Assembly (NCBI GenBank): GCA_905178155.1
Contig: CAJINV010000005.1
Span: 2,792,054 to 2,856,053, forward strand
Length of the DNA: 64,000 nucleotides
DNA from: Amoebophrya sp. A120
Lineage: Eukaryota; Protista; Dinoflagellata
Direction: 5' to 3'
Shown here: piece by piece, positions 11,956-24,900 of the stretch
Layout of the letters: every line of letters starts with the position of its first letter
Position numbering within the stretch: the first letter of the stretch is position 1
The notes under the pieces: generated by a model
What the model was told of the DNA's origin: nothing
Databases searched by the model: none
The model's input: only the letters and a program-made list of their open reading frames with translations
Position numbers and translations under genes: made by a program

Positions 11956-14717
11956 ATGATGTGTAGAAGTTTCCAGCGACGGGCCCTCCTGCTCTCCATC
12001 GGTGCCGCGCTCCTCACCATTTGTTCCAACCCGGCCTCGGCTCGTCTGGAGTTTACCGCGCTAGCACCATCCGAGGAGGAACATCATGCTTCGCACCGAG
12101 CCGCCCCCACACCCGGCACGAAGGAGAGTCTGCTCCAGCAACAGGAGGAGCTCCAGGAGCAGCAGGAGAAAGAAGCCGAGGTGGAGGAAATCGAGCAGCA
12201 GCACACCTATCTCACCTCCGAACAGATTTCTGCTGAAATAAGGAAAATCGTCGATCAAGATCCGGAAAAGCGATTTACCGTCGAACGACTTTCCGACGAA
12301 GCCTGGACGTCAACGAGCGAAAACCAAAACGTCGGCATTGACGTAGTCCATTTCCAACCGAACGCAGTAAACTCTTCTCCAAACGGTAAGAAAGCGTTTT
12401 TCCTGTTCGGGTTACACGCACGAGAATTGATTTCCTCGGAGACGGGGCTGCAGTTCCTGAAGTCGCTGCAGCAAAACGGGTCGCCGTTCGAGGTAAAGCT
12501 GATTATCGACGTCAACCCGCTCGGGAGGCGACAAGTGCTGAACAAGCAAGGGTGTCAACGCTACAACGAGAACGACATCGATTTAAACCGGAATTTCGAC
12601 TCGGGCTTCGGCCAATCGGACGACGATGTGAATCCGACAGGGAGCTCGGCGTTTTCCGAACCAGAAGCGAGGATTTTGAGAAAGGTGCTTTCTAAAATTT
12701 TTTTATTCATTGCCTGGCATGGTGACACAGAAATGCATGGCAGAAATGATTTCAATTTCTTGGTATACCTCTTTATTTGCGCATGTTGACAAGTTTGTGA
12801 AAAGCACTAGCATTTCAACATTCTCGTTCTTTGTCAGGTCCTGGAAACATTCGACTACGATATCTGGATCGACAGCCACACGGGCGAGTACAGCATGCTC
12901 CTCCCCCTGGCTTACACGCAGGACCTTCTGCCCGAGTACGATGCAAAGTTGCTTCCCTTAGGGCAGTACCTCAATCAGGTTGACCCGGATTTGCAACTCA
13001 ACTACGGCTCCATGCCACGACTGACGCGGACCACGGTGGGTGGCAGCTGCCTCGACTTCGCCACGGGGCTGATGCGGAAGCGGGGGAAGGTATTGAGATA
13101 TCTGGGTCGTAGTTTTTGTTTTAGCGAGATCAATGATCTTCACGAGATGGCTGTTCTTGCTGTTGCTGCATCATGACACATGACAGACACAAGAACTCCC
13201 TTTCCTTGTATTGAGCCTAAGCGTCGACAAGCAACATCATGACCATAAACAAACTCTTTAGGTTCCCTATGCCATGGCGTTCGAGATGTACGGTCGCTCT
13301 CCGTCGGACAAGAACTCGATCTACTACCAAATATCAAATGCAAATATGTCTGGGAATGGAAGGATCCAACTTGTCATGCTGTTTTTGGACTCTAAAAAAA
13401 TTTGTATTGCATGACCAGCAAGAGGGGTACAGTTTGTGCTACACGGGCAGGGCGTTTCTCATGCGGAAGGTGCATCAGGAAGCCCTCTAAAAGTCTGCGA
13501 AGATGCTAGGTCATGCATTACAGGCATCATGGGTCATCAGAAATATGCATGACAAATTTTGCATTCTTCCAGACCCAGACACATTTGCATTTGATACCAC
13601 ATCTTCAACGACAAAGACTACGTGGAGAGCCAGGGAAAAAACATCCACTTCTACGACAACCCAGGCAAAAACGCCTGGGTCCGAGCGGAAAGAAGCGGAG
13701 ATCAGGAATGCATGCACAACATGTATATAGTTTTAAGTTGTTGTTCTCTGGATATTCGTGCTCCATCTTTCTGCATTGCTTTGCATGCGCCGCATGGCAG
13801 GTAGTATTTCTTGTGCTACGTCAGCATGACAATGTTAGTGTCAATATCACCTTCCCGTAAATTGATTATCATTCCTCAGGTTTTCCCCTACCTACGAGCA
13901 GGATTGTGGCAAAGTGTGGTCGACGTTCGTGCCGGTTTACTACAACATCCTTGAAAAAATCTGTGCACAGGAAGGCTGGAGCTACAAAACAAATCAAGCT
14001 ACTACACCGGTGGCCCTGACCAAGGACCAGGAGGACGAAAATTACCGAAAACAGTTGAACGCCGAGTATGTGAAGAGCATGCGGGAAAAACGAACAAAAC
14101 GGCTTGGAGCTGCCTCGAAGGAGGGAGAACCGGCGTACAGTCCAAGCCTAGAGGAGGACGACGAGTTGTTGGACGGAGCAGAAGAGAAGGGCGAGGACCT
14201 GGTGTTGCAAGACAACAGAAACAGAGAAGAAGACGGCACTAGTACTTCTTCGAACGGGAACGCCGCGCCATTCTCTAATGGAGCTGCTGCCGGCGATTCT
14301 ACAAGTGGTGCCAGTGCGACCGTGCGAGCAGCCACCAGCTGGTCCGCGATGATGCGTGTGTACACGGCCGCCTTGTCCCTCTGCCTCCTGCTGCTCATCG
14401 TCGGGCACTTCCTCGGGTGGCTGCAGCCGTTCGCGAAAAAACTCGCCCGGGTGCGGAACTACTACCAGCAGCGGATGGACTTTTACAAAAAGAAGAACGG
14501 CTTCAGCAACTTCAATGACGAGAGCCACGCGATCGCCACCGGTCTGCAGGACTTGTCCACCGGCTACTGGTCGGACGAAGACCACAACCGGCACCACGGT
14601 GGGGATCAGCACGAGCGGAGCAGCTTGCTTGGCAGCGGCGGTGGGTTGTACAAAAAGTCCTTTTTGCAGTCTTCTACCCCGACGACGCAGTCCTTCCACT
14701 CCTCGCAGCATCTGTAG
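11956..14717 (+). CDS. M14 zinc carboxypeptidase with signal peptide and C-terminal transmembrane helix
   Basis: HARE, DLNRNF, FSEPE, IDSHT and AFEMYG motifs; GT-AG introns 12685-12837, 13090-13261 and 13723-13879; introner 13332-13596. Confidence 0.9.
13332..13596. mobile_element. Introner family A (orientation X)
   Basis: TIR similar to tatcaaatgcaaaaatgtctgggtctggaag; TSD ccaaa/ccaca; removal gives IYYHIFND. Confidence 0.9.
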
Positions 14718-17700
14718 CGAAAGATTTTTTCGTTTTCGAGGACGAGAAATCAAATGATTTTCGAGACGACAATTTTCTCTCTGTACTAACTTGTAATGGT
14801 GTATAATGTGGACGGAGGTGATCATGTAACTGTATGGATATCATGTGTACGAATGTGAATTTCAGCAGTTCCACGAACAGAAAAAGTTTCAGTTGATTTA
14901 CAATCGTATCTATGCTTCTAAGATCTTGTCCAACAAAAGTCGGAGCATTACTCAGGTAATGGGGGGGGAGGGGGGGATGCATCCATGCTTTTTGGGCATT
15001 ACTCAAACCGGCGACAACTTGCGCCGAGCCGTCCTATCGTCCTCGTCGCTCTCCTCCATCACCGGCCGCCGATCCGCCAGGCCACCCCGTCTCCGTGTCC
15101 CTCCATCAATCGCCGATCGTCTCCGCGGCCAGCCACGCGGCACGCGCGGCCGCGGGCCCGCCCGCCACCCAGCGAGCGCAGACCTGCGGCCATGTGGCCG
15201 GGAGGCAGCCACGATTGGCAATGTGTAATGCTAATGCAGAAACCAACGAAGGACAAACTGCTGACGTGGCTCTTTCAATTTTCCTCCATCGGAGGAACGT
15301 AAGCGTTGAGATGGCCACTCCAACTACTTACTTATTTTGACTCTCTGTTGTCCTAGTGGTCCTCGTCCTTCACTTCTGCGTTACAATTTTCCAAAGTTGG
15401 AAACTTGTGTTTCAGAAATGAGGGACAAGAAAAGAAGCACGAAGCTATTGCAGTGGCCATTTCAACTGTCTTCCATCTGAGGAAAGTTGACGTGGCCCCT
15501 GTTATGTTTTTTCCTGCATTCCTGCATTAGAAACGAGGGGCGAAGGAGACACGACCTGAGTAGAAGTTTTATTCAGGCCGCCGGACCTGAGCAACGTCGG
15601 CGAGAGAAGACAAACCGCCTTGGAAATTCAAAACTTTTCGGATTCCCAACCGGGCTTCTCTCCATGGACTGGGTCGAGAAGAATCTTTCCCGAGCAAGTC
15701 TTTCGAGAAAATCCCGCTCCGACAGTTTCTAATTGGGTTTTTCTCCACGGACAAAATACAATTTGACCCCAATAATAGCATATAGCGCCACGAGAATGAA
15801 ACGAGCGACCTACGAGAATGACGCAGCAAATGGGGCTCCACCCGCTTCCAACTTTTCCCGCTCCGGACGGGGTAGAGGTTGCGTTTTTTACAGGGCTTTT
15901 GCCCGTTTTTTCGCGCAGAGCTGCTTGCTTTACACACGGTTTTTCTCCACTCGAGCGGTCGGGTGGAGAAAAACTGCATTACAAATTCGCAAAACCGGAC
16001 GGATTTAGATGCGGTTTTTCTCCCCGCAGGAGAAAAGCCGCGTCACAAATTCGCAAACTTCGATGGGATCTTTCTCTCCCCGGGACCTCGGGTAGAGAAA
16101 GCCCGTATTACAAAAGACCCGAGCTCCGGTTCTCCGCGTTACAAATGCGGAAAGGTCGGGCGCTCCGCATTACAAATGCGGAAATTTACATGCGGCTTCC
16201 CAGAGCTCGGGACTGTGGGTAATGCGGAAAGCCCGGAGCTCGGGTTGTCCGCATTACAAATGCGGAAAACCCGGGCTCTCCACATTACAAATCCTCCTTT
16301 CGCCACAAGCGGCTGCCGCCGCACCGTCGTGCGTAACCTTTTGCGCGATGCTATCACCAACCTACAAAATTCCCATTCCCCCACACACGCATCGATAGCA
16401 TCCGGCATTAGGTTATGCTGCATGGTATCGCCGCGTGCGAATTTCCCTCGCAGCGATACCATGCAGCATTAGGCTACGCCCGAACTGTGGCTGTCTTTTT
16501 CTGCCCAGTTGGGCGCTGGGCAGCTTCTTTTCCCCCCCAAACACGAGCGCGCGGAACCCGGGAAAAGTTGTGGTTGTACAAAAAGTCCTTTTTGCAGTCG
16601 ACCCCAACGACACAGTCCTTCCACTCCTCGCAGCATCTGTAAAGAAAGATTTTTGGTTGACAAGGTGAAATCTCAACTACTCAAAAAAAGCTCAACGTTT
16701 AGAAAAAAAACATCAACTATTCAAAACAATATTTATTTATTTCTTTATCTCTCTCTCTCTCCCTCTCTCTGTCTCTCCTCCTCCTCTCTGGTATTCTCCT
16801 CTACTCCTCTCTTCCAGACGTTCCTTTCTCCCTCTCTCTGAACTCCCGCCGCGCACTGCTCGTCATCCCTCTGGCCCCCGCCGATTCCTGCTCTGCATGA
16901 TTGTTCCGTGTGTCGTTCTTCATTTATTTGTGTTGTTTCTTCTCCTGTTCTTGGCGTCGTTTATATTTCTCCGCTTCAGACAGTTCAAAAACAAAATCTA
17001 GATGTGCACACTAACTATGTTGAAAGGGGCCGGCTATCATGTTTCGCCAGAATATCGCAGCCACTATTTGGCGCGCCGTATTGACGGGCCAGATGTAATG
17101 TGACACGCGATGGATATCTCGGTGAAGACGCGTCGAATGAAAGCAGCGCGTAGCCCCAGGGGTGGCATGTTGGCTGAGCAGCTTCGTCCAGAACGGTCGA
17201 ACGCATTTGGAAAACCAAAAAGCGCGAAATCGCGTTGCTTTGTCCGACCGGAATTGTCAGACTTCAACGAAAATCAGCCAATTTTTCAGATTTTTGCGAA
17301 AAAATAGGGGGGGAACTCTCGCAAAATTTTGAAAATCAGCCCTATTTTTTGCGTTTTTACTTGGCGGAATCCGGCGAAACCACCGGCGAGCAACCACAAG
17401 CGCCTTGCCACGAGCAGCGGCGTCGAGGCATGTGCCGTTCCCTGCTAAGCTTTCGCCGGGCCGCCTCGAGGATGGAAATTCAGAAGCTGCTCCGCAGGCC
17501 GCAGGAATTTTTGTATGATATTCCCCAGATATCCGGCAAAATTTGCGTTGTCAGGCTTACAGAGCACGCTCCAGCAGTGCCAGAGAGGTGCCTTGTCGAC
17601 AAGGTCTTGCGACGGCATTGCGCACATCTCTCACCTTTCGCTTCGTCACTTCATGGAAAATCTCAAAGCATGGCAACTGGGGGGTGGTGACGTTTTCAAA

Positions 17701-18165
17701 CGGGATACGCAGCGCCACAAAAACACGCGAAACCGAACGGCAGCAAGGGGAGGGGGACACAGAACAACAACGGAAAAAAGGCATCGCAGCATAAGTGCCT
17801 GACGAACACAACGGAAAAAGTTCCTGACGACGACACAGAACAACAACGGAAAAAGTTCCTGACGACGAACTTTTTCCGCTGTGTTCTGTCGTACGAACAA
17901 CGGACGCAGTCCTTCCACTCCTCGCAGCATCTGTAAAGAAAGATTTTGGATTTAGTGTGGGGTGAATTTTTTCGACGAGGAATTGGATGATTTTCGAGAT
18001 GATAACTTTCATCTCGAAAACAACACTTGTAATTAATATCAAATCATGTGGACGATGATCACGATTCCCGTAGCTGTTACTGTATAAAGAAACCTGGACG
18101 ATAAAGTGCTTTTCAGTAGTTCCACGAACACCAGAAGATTTCAGTTTATTCACAATCGTATGCTT
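14644..18165 (+). repeat. Triplicated carboxypeptidase 3' end (14644-14935, 16572-16655, 17903-18165) separated by two repeat-rich insertions
   Basis: cagtccttccactcctcgcagcatctgta occurs three times; 3'UTR similarity between copies 1 and 3; inserts contain gcattacaaatgcggaaa and acagaacaacaacggaaaaag arrays. Confidence 0.8.
16415..16469. mobile_element. 55-bp mini hairpin element
   Basis: 17-bp perfect inverted repeat atgctgcatggtatcgc, flanked by taggtt/taggct. Confidence 0.55.
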
Positions 18166-18815
18166 TTATATGCAAATTGACATCGGCAAAGTATGGTGGG
18201 GATTGTGGTGGTCTTGTTTCCTTGTATGATAATGAGACGCGGCGATTGCGGCTGCGCATCACCACGAAAGCCATCCAGCTATTAAAGAACTCCTCAAATG
18301 CAAACTGTAAATGCGCTGACTAGAATGCTGTACAAAAAACCTGAAGATAACCCGCATATAAATCCGTATCCGAATTGTGATCCCTGGTGTTGCGAGATTG
18401 ATGTGGCGGAAGTCGGTGAAATTCATGAAAGTCGTGTTCTGTTTTCACGTGCAGTAGTGAGAGACCACTAGAACAGAATTTGAGCAGCGGTGAGTGTCGG
18501 TAGAACACATTTCAGCTTCTATGCAGCAAGCAAATTACCATACTTACGTGGACCCCTTGGATATTTTGATATTCTATTTGGAAGGCGCGTGAACATAACA
18601 AAGCCACTTCATTGCGGCAGCAATCAAGTACAAAAAGACTCCTCCTCAATTTACCACCTCCCATGTACATTATGTTTGTTTTCAACCGGAATCGACGCCA
18701 TTCAAAGTTTGCTTCTGACTTTCTAACATTCTCGCGACCACCTTGAGCTTCTTCTTGTTGACGAGAAGCATTTTACTGAACAATTTCAACTTGTACTCGC
18801 CGCTTTTCATACATC

Positions 18816-20792
18816 ATGCTGCGCGCCTTTATTTCCGCCCTGTGGCGGCTGTTGGTCCGGGCCTGGGACTTGTGGAAGCGGTTGGTTTTGAAGAACCAAA
18901 TCATCAACACTTTACTCCTGGCAACCCTATCCACGTGTGTCTTCACCGTCGCGACGCTGGTCTTGTTCTGGTTCGCCTACAACGTTTTCGTTCCGGGAGA
19001 CCTAGTTCTACCGCTCCACGCAACCTACTCATCTTCTGTGGACGAGCCGGCTGGTGGTGCAAGTGGACCACAACAAGTTACGCGCGGAGTTCAAGCCGCT
19101 AGTACTACACCAAGTTCGAGTAGTACAAGCAGCGGTCGCGTTTGTGCGGAGTTCGGCTTTCTCGACCAAAAAGAGCCGTTTCAAGCCCCGATAATAGCAG
19201 CGACGAAAATACCTTCAGCCACTGGGGGAGCTGCGTCTGAAGGGTGGTCTAGTACTTCGTCCGACGAGTCCGCAATGGAAGAGAGAGAAATAGCAAGCGC
19301 CACCGTCGAGGAACAGGAAGTAATAGACAAGACTTTTTACTCGCAGGGGTTTGAGAAAACCGTTTTCTCCACCGTCTCCTCCAGTTTCCTCCGTTTCACC
19401 AGCAGAACGCTAACGAAGGCGAAGTCGGTATTCCGCCTGAGACTAGCCGCAAGGCTCCCGCCGATAAATTCTGCACGGAACTTCAACGACGAGCTCGGGC
19501 CGATAGGTGTGGCGCTCACATTGCTGTCAAGTACACAAGCAATAAAACACAGCTCTGGTGGCACAAGCGCCGTGAACGATAGTGCTACGAAAGCAAATAA
19601 AGCTGCATCGTCGAAAAAGGAGAAAGATAAAGAAGCAAAAAACGTACATTCTTCTCCAATAGTACCGCAAAGAAAGACCTTGTCTCGGCGCTCCTTTTTC
19701 GTGCCGGCGACTTCGGACCCGAATGCGCAGAGTGTCTTCAGCTTCCTGATCTTGAACCCGCTGCGGATGGTGCTTTCCAGGCTGTTGCACGCGGATCAGG
19801 ACCCCTACTGGGACTCGGATTTTCACATCAGCCTGGCGGAGAATTTCAGCTTGAAATCGGTATAGTTAGTTTGATGTTCCGTTTGCGCTTGCAGTGTCTC
19901 TCCACTTGCAGCTCAGTCGTGGTAGCGCACTGTAATAGATAAGCAGCCCAAATGTTTCGTCGCATTCACTCATCATGCTGCAGCGCAAGAACGAGATGAA
20001 TGAAGATTTTGACTTTTGGAAAACATCGCACATAAAAGCAAAAGCAAATTTTCAACCGCCCATGAACATGATTAGGTCCTTCCCTCCGATCGTCTTGAGC
20101 TCTGCCTCTCCCCTGCCGTCCGCATGGAGAACCTTTTTCTCATCCTGGAACCAGAACTGGACGGGTTTAAGCGCTGGATCCGGATGTACCCGTACCTTTT
20201 CGCGCTAACCGCACTGGCGGTGGCCTTCACCATCGGTTGCGGGGTCACGTTGTTCCTTTTCATTCTCTCCAGCACAGTATTGCAGGAGGACGTGGAGAAC
20301 GAGGAAACAGAGCTCGACGAAAGTGCACTCGAGGGTGGAGGTGCTGCGTCAAATTATAACGGCACAGGAAATAACAACTATGGCGACGAGCAAAACGGGA
20401 AGAACGCCAATGGTAGAAGCTCGGAAGTAGATATAAACCCGAGCCAACACTCCTCCCCCACATGCAGCACTACACGGAGTCCAAACAACGCCGGGTTCGG
20501 CCATAACACAACGCGAACGAGGCTTGTGCAGTCTCCCGGAGCCGCGGGCGGGGGTTTGGATAGTCCGACCAGCTCGCCCGCGTCGAGTATGGTGAAAAAC
20601 AGAAAGAAAAACGGAGGTGGCGGGCAGTTCAATTTAGATTCAAGTCCGGTCAACAATCAACAGAGCAATAGCGGCGCTGGGCTGTTCAGCGATACGACTG
20701 CAAGCCCGATGTCGGAGAAGAACCTCGCGAGTGGCAGGGTCTCCGTGGATACAAATGATGGTACTAGAACTCTTGAATTCCGATTCGTATGA
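18816..20792 (+). CDS. Seipin-like protein
   Basis: Two transmembrane helices bracketing a lumenal domain with seipin-like segments (LPPINSARN...GPIGVALTL; ELDGFKRWIRMYP); GT-AG intron 19860-20075 joins the exons in frame. Confidence 0.7.
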
Positions 20793-21194
20793 AGTTTTTG
20801 GTTGTAGGGGCATAGGCTGCTGGTTTTAGTCCACGGTCATGTAAAAAAATTCCATCTATCACACGAAAACTTCACATACAGGCACTGCACCACGGCGGCG
20901 CAAGAATAAACGAAGCAGCAACAACCAAGCAGACGCAAACACGGTGAGGCACCTCGCGAATCAAAATTCATCGCAGGCTTGACACGGTTGCGAGTAGAAG
21001 CGACGGACCGACTGCGTCTGCGACGGCACGGCAGCGAGTGGCTAGCATGGCGGAACTGGCGATCACGCAACGTCGGAAAAAAGCATTTTGGCCTGCTGCT
21101 GCGTCTTCGTTGCTTGCCCCCGCAACACGACGAGCCTTCAGCGGTGCACGCTGGAGGCTCCTTGTGGCCGTGCTCTACTTTCCGGAATTTCGTC

Positions 21195-21217
21195 TGTGTG
21201 TGTGTGTGTGTGTGTGT
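21195..21217. repeat. (TG)n microsatellite
   Basis: Direct reading of the sequence. Confidence 0.9.
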
Positions 21218-21968
21218 CAAGAGAAAGATGGCAGGCCAGAAACCACCGGCTGCAGGAGGAGGTGCGGTCTATTTCAGGTTGTAGCCCGTCGTGCCCCTGC
21301 AGCTGCGGGTAGTACAGCTGGGCCGCACGCGGATGATTTTCCACCTGGCGACACCGAGCACAGATTGACAACGCTTGCTTTCGTTTTCAAAGAAATAATG
21401 AACGACTTTCGCATACAACATGTACATGATGCTATGATCGCGACAGCCACAGTAGAAATCATATCCTCACTCGCCTCCGCATTTTGATTTTGGAAGCGCA
21501 ACTTCATCGAAGTGCTAGTATCGCTACAGAAGTTTTCCAAGTAGTGATAGACCTGCTCCCCTCCGCTTTGGAGGTCCTAGGGTTAATACTGGCTGTTCGA
21601 CTACATTGACGCACAAACACCTACACGCGGGACGGTATGGCAGGTCAAGTGACTCTTTGTCGACTGAATGGACGAACCTAGGCGGTCAACCTCTTTCCCC
21701 TTCGGTAAAGATGAAGATCTTGTCAAGGATGTGTAGGGTTCATGGAGATCAAAACAAAGAAGATGAAGATCTTCAACGACTCATTGTCGTTGCCACAGCC
21801 GCCACCTGCAGGAGTTGTGTTTATTTCTAGACTAGCAAGATGTCGAGGATCTGGTTCTTCTTCTCGCGTGTCAACCATAGCGCGGACACATGAAGCCCGA
21901 GGATGACCCTCCTGCACCTTTATGGCCAAGCTATTGCGCTCCTGCTGATACATAATCAACATACTAAG

Positions 21969-24900
21969 ATGAAAGTCCACACGGCCGCTTCAAGTTTTTT
22001 GCAGCTTTTGCTCTCCGTTTCTTTCACAATGAAGCTGCTTTTCGTCACGATGTTTTGCGTTTCCGTTTCGCCAGACTTCAATACTCACGTGGACTCCACG
22101 ACAAGGTCAGGTTCCCTGGTGTTTGTTTCCGGCGCATTTCTGCAGCAACCACCCTCACCCAAGCTAGCCAACACACCCAATCCCTGGGCGCTGATGCCAT
22201 CGGCAGGAGTGGCGCAGCACCATCACGGTAACCCAGCCTCATCGTCTGGCGCTCCTGCCCAGAATGAAAGAAACCCGCAGCACCACCTGAAACACGCCCA
22301 TCCCCAATCGACCAGCAGCGGGCACCAAGCTAAGTCCACGACCTCCTCTTCTCGCTCTTTACGAGGACATCAGCATCACCATTCCCACAAAAAGCAGGAG
22401 TCCAAGCGCGGTTTGACCGGTTGGCAGTTGAAATTTTGGAACTACAGTATGAACTGCAATAAATATGTCTGGGTCTGGAAGAATGCAAGGTTTGTCATGC
22501 ACATTTTGCATGACTCCTGATGTCTGTGATGCTTGCCCTAGCATCACAGATTTTGTGAGGGCTTCCTGATGCCTATATCGCATGAGAAATGCCCTCTCGC
22601 CCTGGCAAAAACTGAACCTCTTTTGCTGTTCATGCAATGCAGATTTTGGTAGAATTCAGACGCAGCATCACAAGTTTGAATCCTTCCAGGAGACCCAGAC
22701 ATATTTGCAATGCATATACAGGAATGGAGAGCAAAAAGTTCACACGGACGAGGTCCAGGATGCTGGACAGTTGTATCCTGTGCAAAAGTATCGTACTCGT
22801 ATTGCAGTCATGCATTACAAATCTTGTTCTTAAGCTAAATCCGCATGACAAATTCCATTTCACATGCTAAGGAAATTTGTAATGCGATTTATACTAGTAC
22901 GATACTTTTGCAGTTCATAAGTTGGAGTTGGAGACGATTCTCCAGTTTTTGGACAAGGGTGCGGAAGAGAAGGTGAAGAACTTTGCGCAGATGCGGGACC
23001 AGTTTCTGCGCATCACCCGGCACAGTCTCGTCCCGCTGGAGGACGATTATGTCTTGGGGAAGACGATAGAAACCGGGATGAACGGGGCCGTGCTGAAAGT
23101 GAAGCGAAAGCCGAAACCACCACTAGTACCCTGGCAGGAGGAGGAAAACAGAAGGGTCAAAGAGATCGATTTGATCAACGCGCGGGGGAAGCAGGCGGAG
23201 AAAGCTGGCGAGGATCAACTGCTGTCGTCCTCATCTCCAAGTCAGCTTGTGCAGCGGCGGCCGGCTGGCGCCGGAGCAGGCATTGCGTCTTCTTCTAGAA
23301 GCCCCGGTGGGGGCGTCGGTTTTTACACTAGTAGAGACCAGCAGTCCGCTCATCTAGACTGTTCGAATTACCGCAGCATCTCATGCGTTGCGAAAATATG
23401 CAGCAGGTTCAGTCGCGATGGAGTTCTTGCCGAATCTTCGAGCGAACAAGTTGGTGTTTCGGCGTCGTGCCAGCAACAGCAGCAGGAGCACGGCATTGGT
23501 CATGCGTATGCAACGCAGCAGCATAATAATAATTCCACCGAGGGTTACCGCCCCCTTGCGCAGTCGTCCCAGCAAAACAGCCCCTGCTCAGGACCCGGAA
23601 TTGCACCTAAAGAGGAGATATGGATTGCAAAAATGTCTGGGTCTGGAAGATTGCCAGATTTGTCATGCATGTTGTGCATTGGCCATGATGTCTGTGATGC
23701 ATGCCCTAGCATCACAGATTTTTTGAGGGTTTCGCGATGCCTATTCCGCATGACAAATGCCCTCTCCGCGTAGCAAAAATTGCATTCCCTTTGCTGCTCA
23801 TGCAATACAGATTTTTTTGGAATGCAAATTCAGCATCACAAGTTGCATTCTTCCAGACCCAGACATTTTTACATTTGATAGGAGATGGAGGAGCGGGAGT
23901 TGGAAGACCTTTCAAGCCTCTGCCACAGCCTCCTATGGCGTTCTCAAATGTTACATTCTCAACTGTTGCATGAATTTGTAATGCAAGAATAGCACAGGCC
24001 AGAGGGAAAACCCTGCGCGTCTTGCATTACAGATTTGGTGCGGATTCTAGTGCTATTTAGCCCTCCGAGAATTTGTCATGCGAAGCACCTTCGTCGTTTG
24101 GTGGCTCGTGGTCATTTTGCATGACAAATCATGTAACAGTTCAGAATGTAACGTTTGAGAACCCCATACCTCCAGGACATGTCATTTGTGGATGCTGGCG
24201 GTGCCAAAAACGACCATCAAACTCAAATGGCCAACGCCATCACCAGCGCGTCAAATTATACAAGGAATCAAACTCAAACACCTTGTGGAGGACAGCACGC
24301 GACCCTAGAATCTTCCTGCGCATCAAGCTCCACCTCGCCGTTGGCGCTACTCGGCGCCGGCCTGGGTGCCTCAACATGCAGCAAGATGAATCATTCCCCC
24401 GATAATTCAACCTCGAGTGCGGCCTCTACGATCTTGACCGGAAGCGCTTCGGGTAAAATCCAACATCCTGCTCCCATGCAGCCAAGCAACACAATAAACT
24501 CTGCTCCTCTTGTCGCGCGCCACGTGGGAAAGCATCGGAAGGTTTACGATCGGGAGAAATACCGGTCCGCCCCGGCGGATCCAGGACGAGAGGAGCTAGA
24601 TTTTGCGGAGGACGAGGTAGCGGAGGGCGAAAACGAGAATATAATTTCCTGCAGCGGTTCTCGTGAACAAGCAGCTGCGCTGCAGCAATCATATCCCTCG
24701 CAGCACATCGACATCATTGCGGGGAGTCTCGACGGCAGTGATAGTTTATTGATGGAAGAAGAAACCCAACATTCCTCTTTGTGTACTAGTTCATCTTCAT
24801 CTTCCGGCACAACTACAGGAGCAGCTGGTGGTCCTCCACATTGTGGTACTGTTAACACTCAAAACACTTCGCGTGCGGTTGACAGCACGTCGGAAGAGTC

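Noticed and set aside
22447-22721. Canonical GT-AG reading of this intron
   Set aside because: It shifts the frame by one nucleotide relative to the downstream exon; removal of the element plus one TSD fits.
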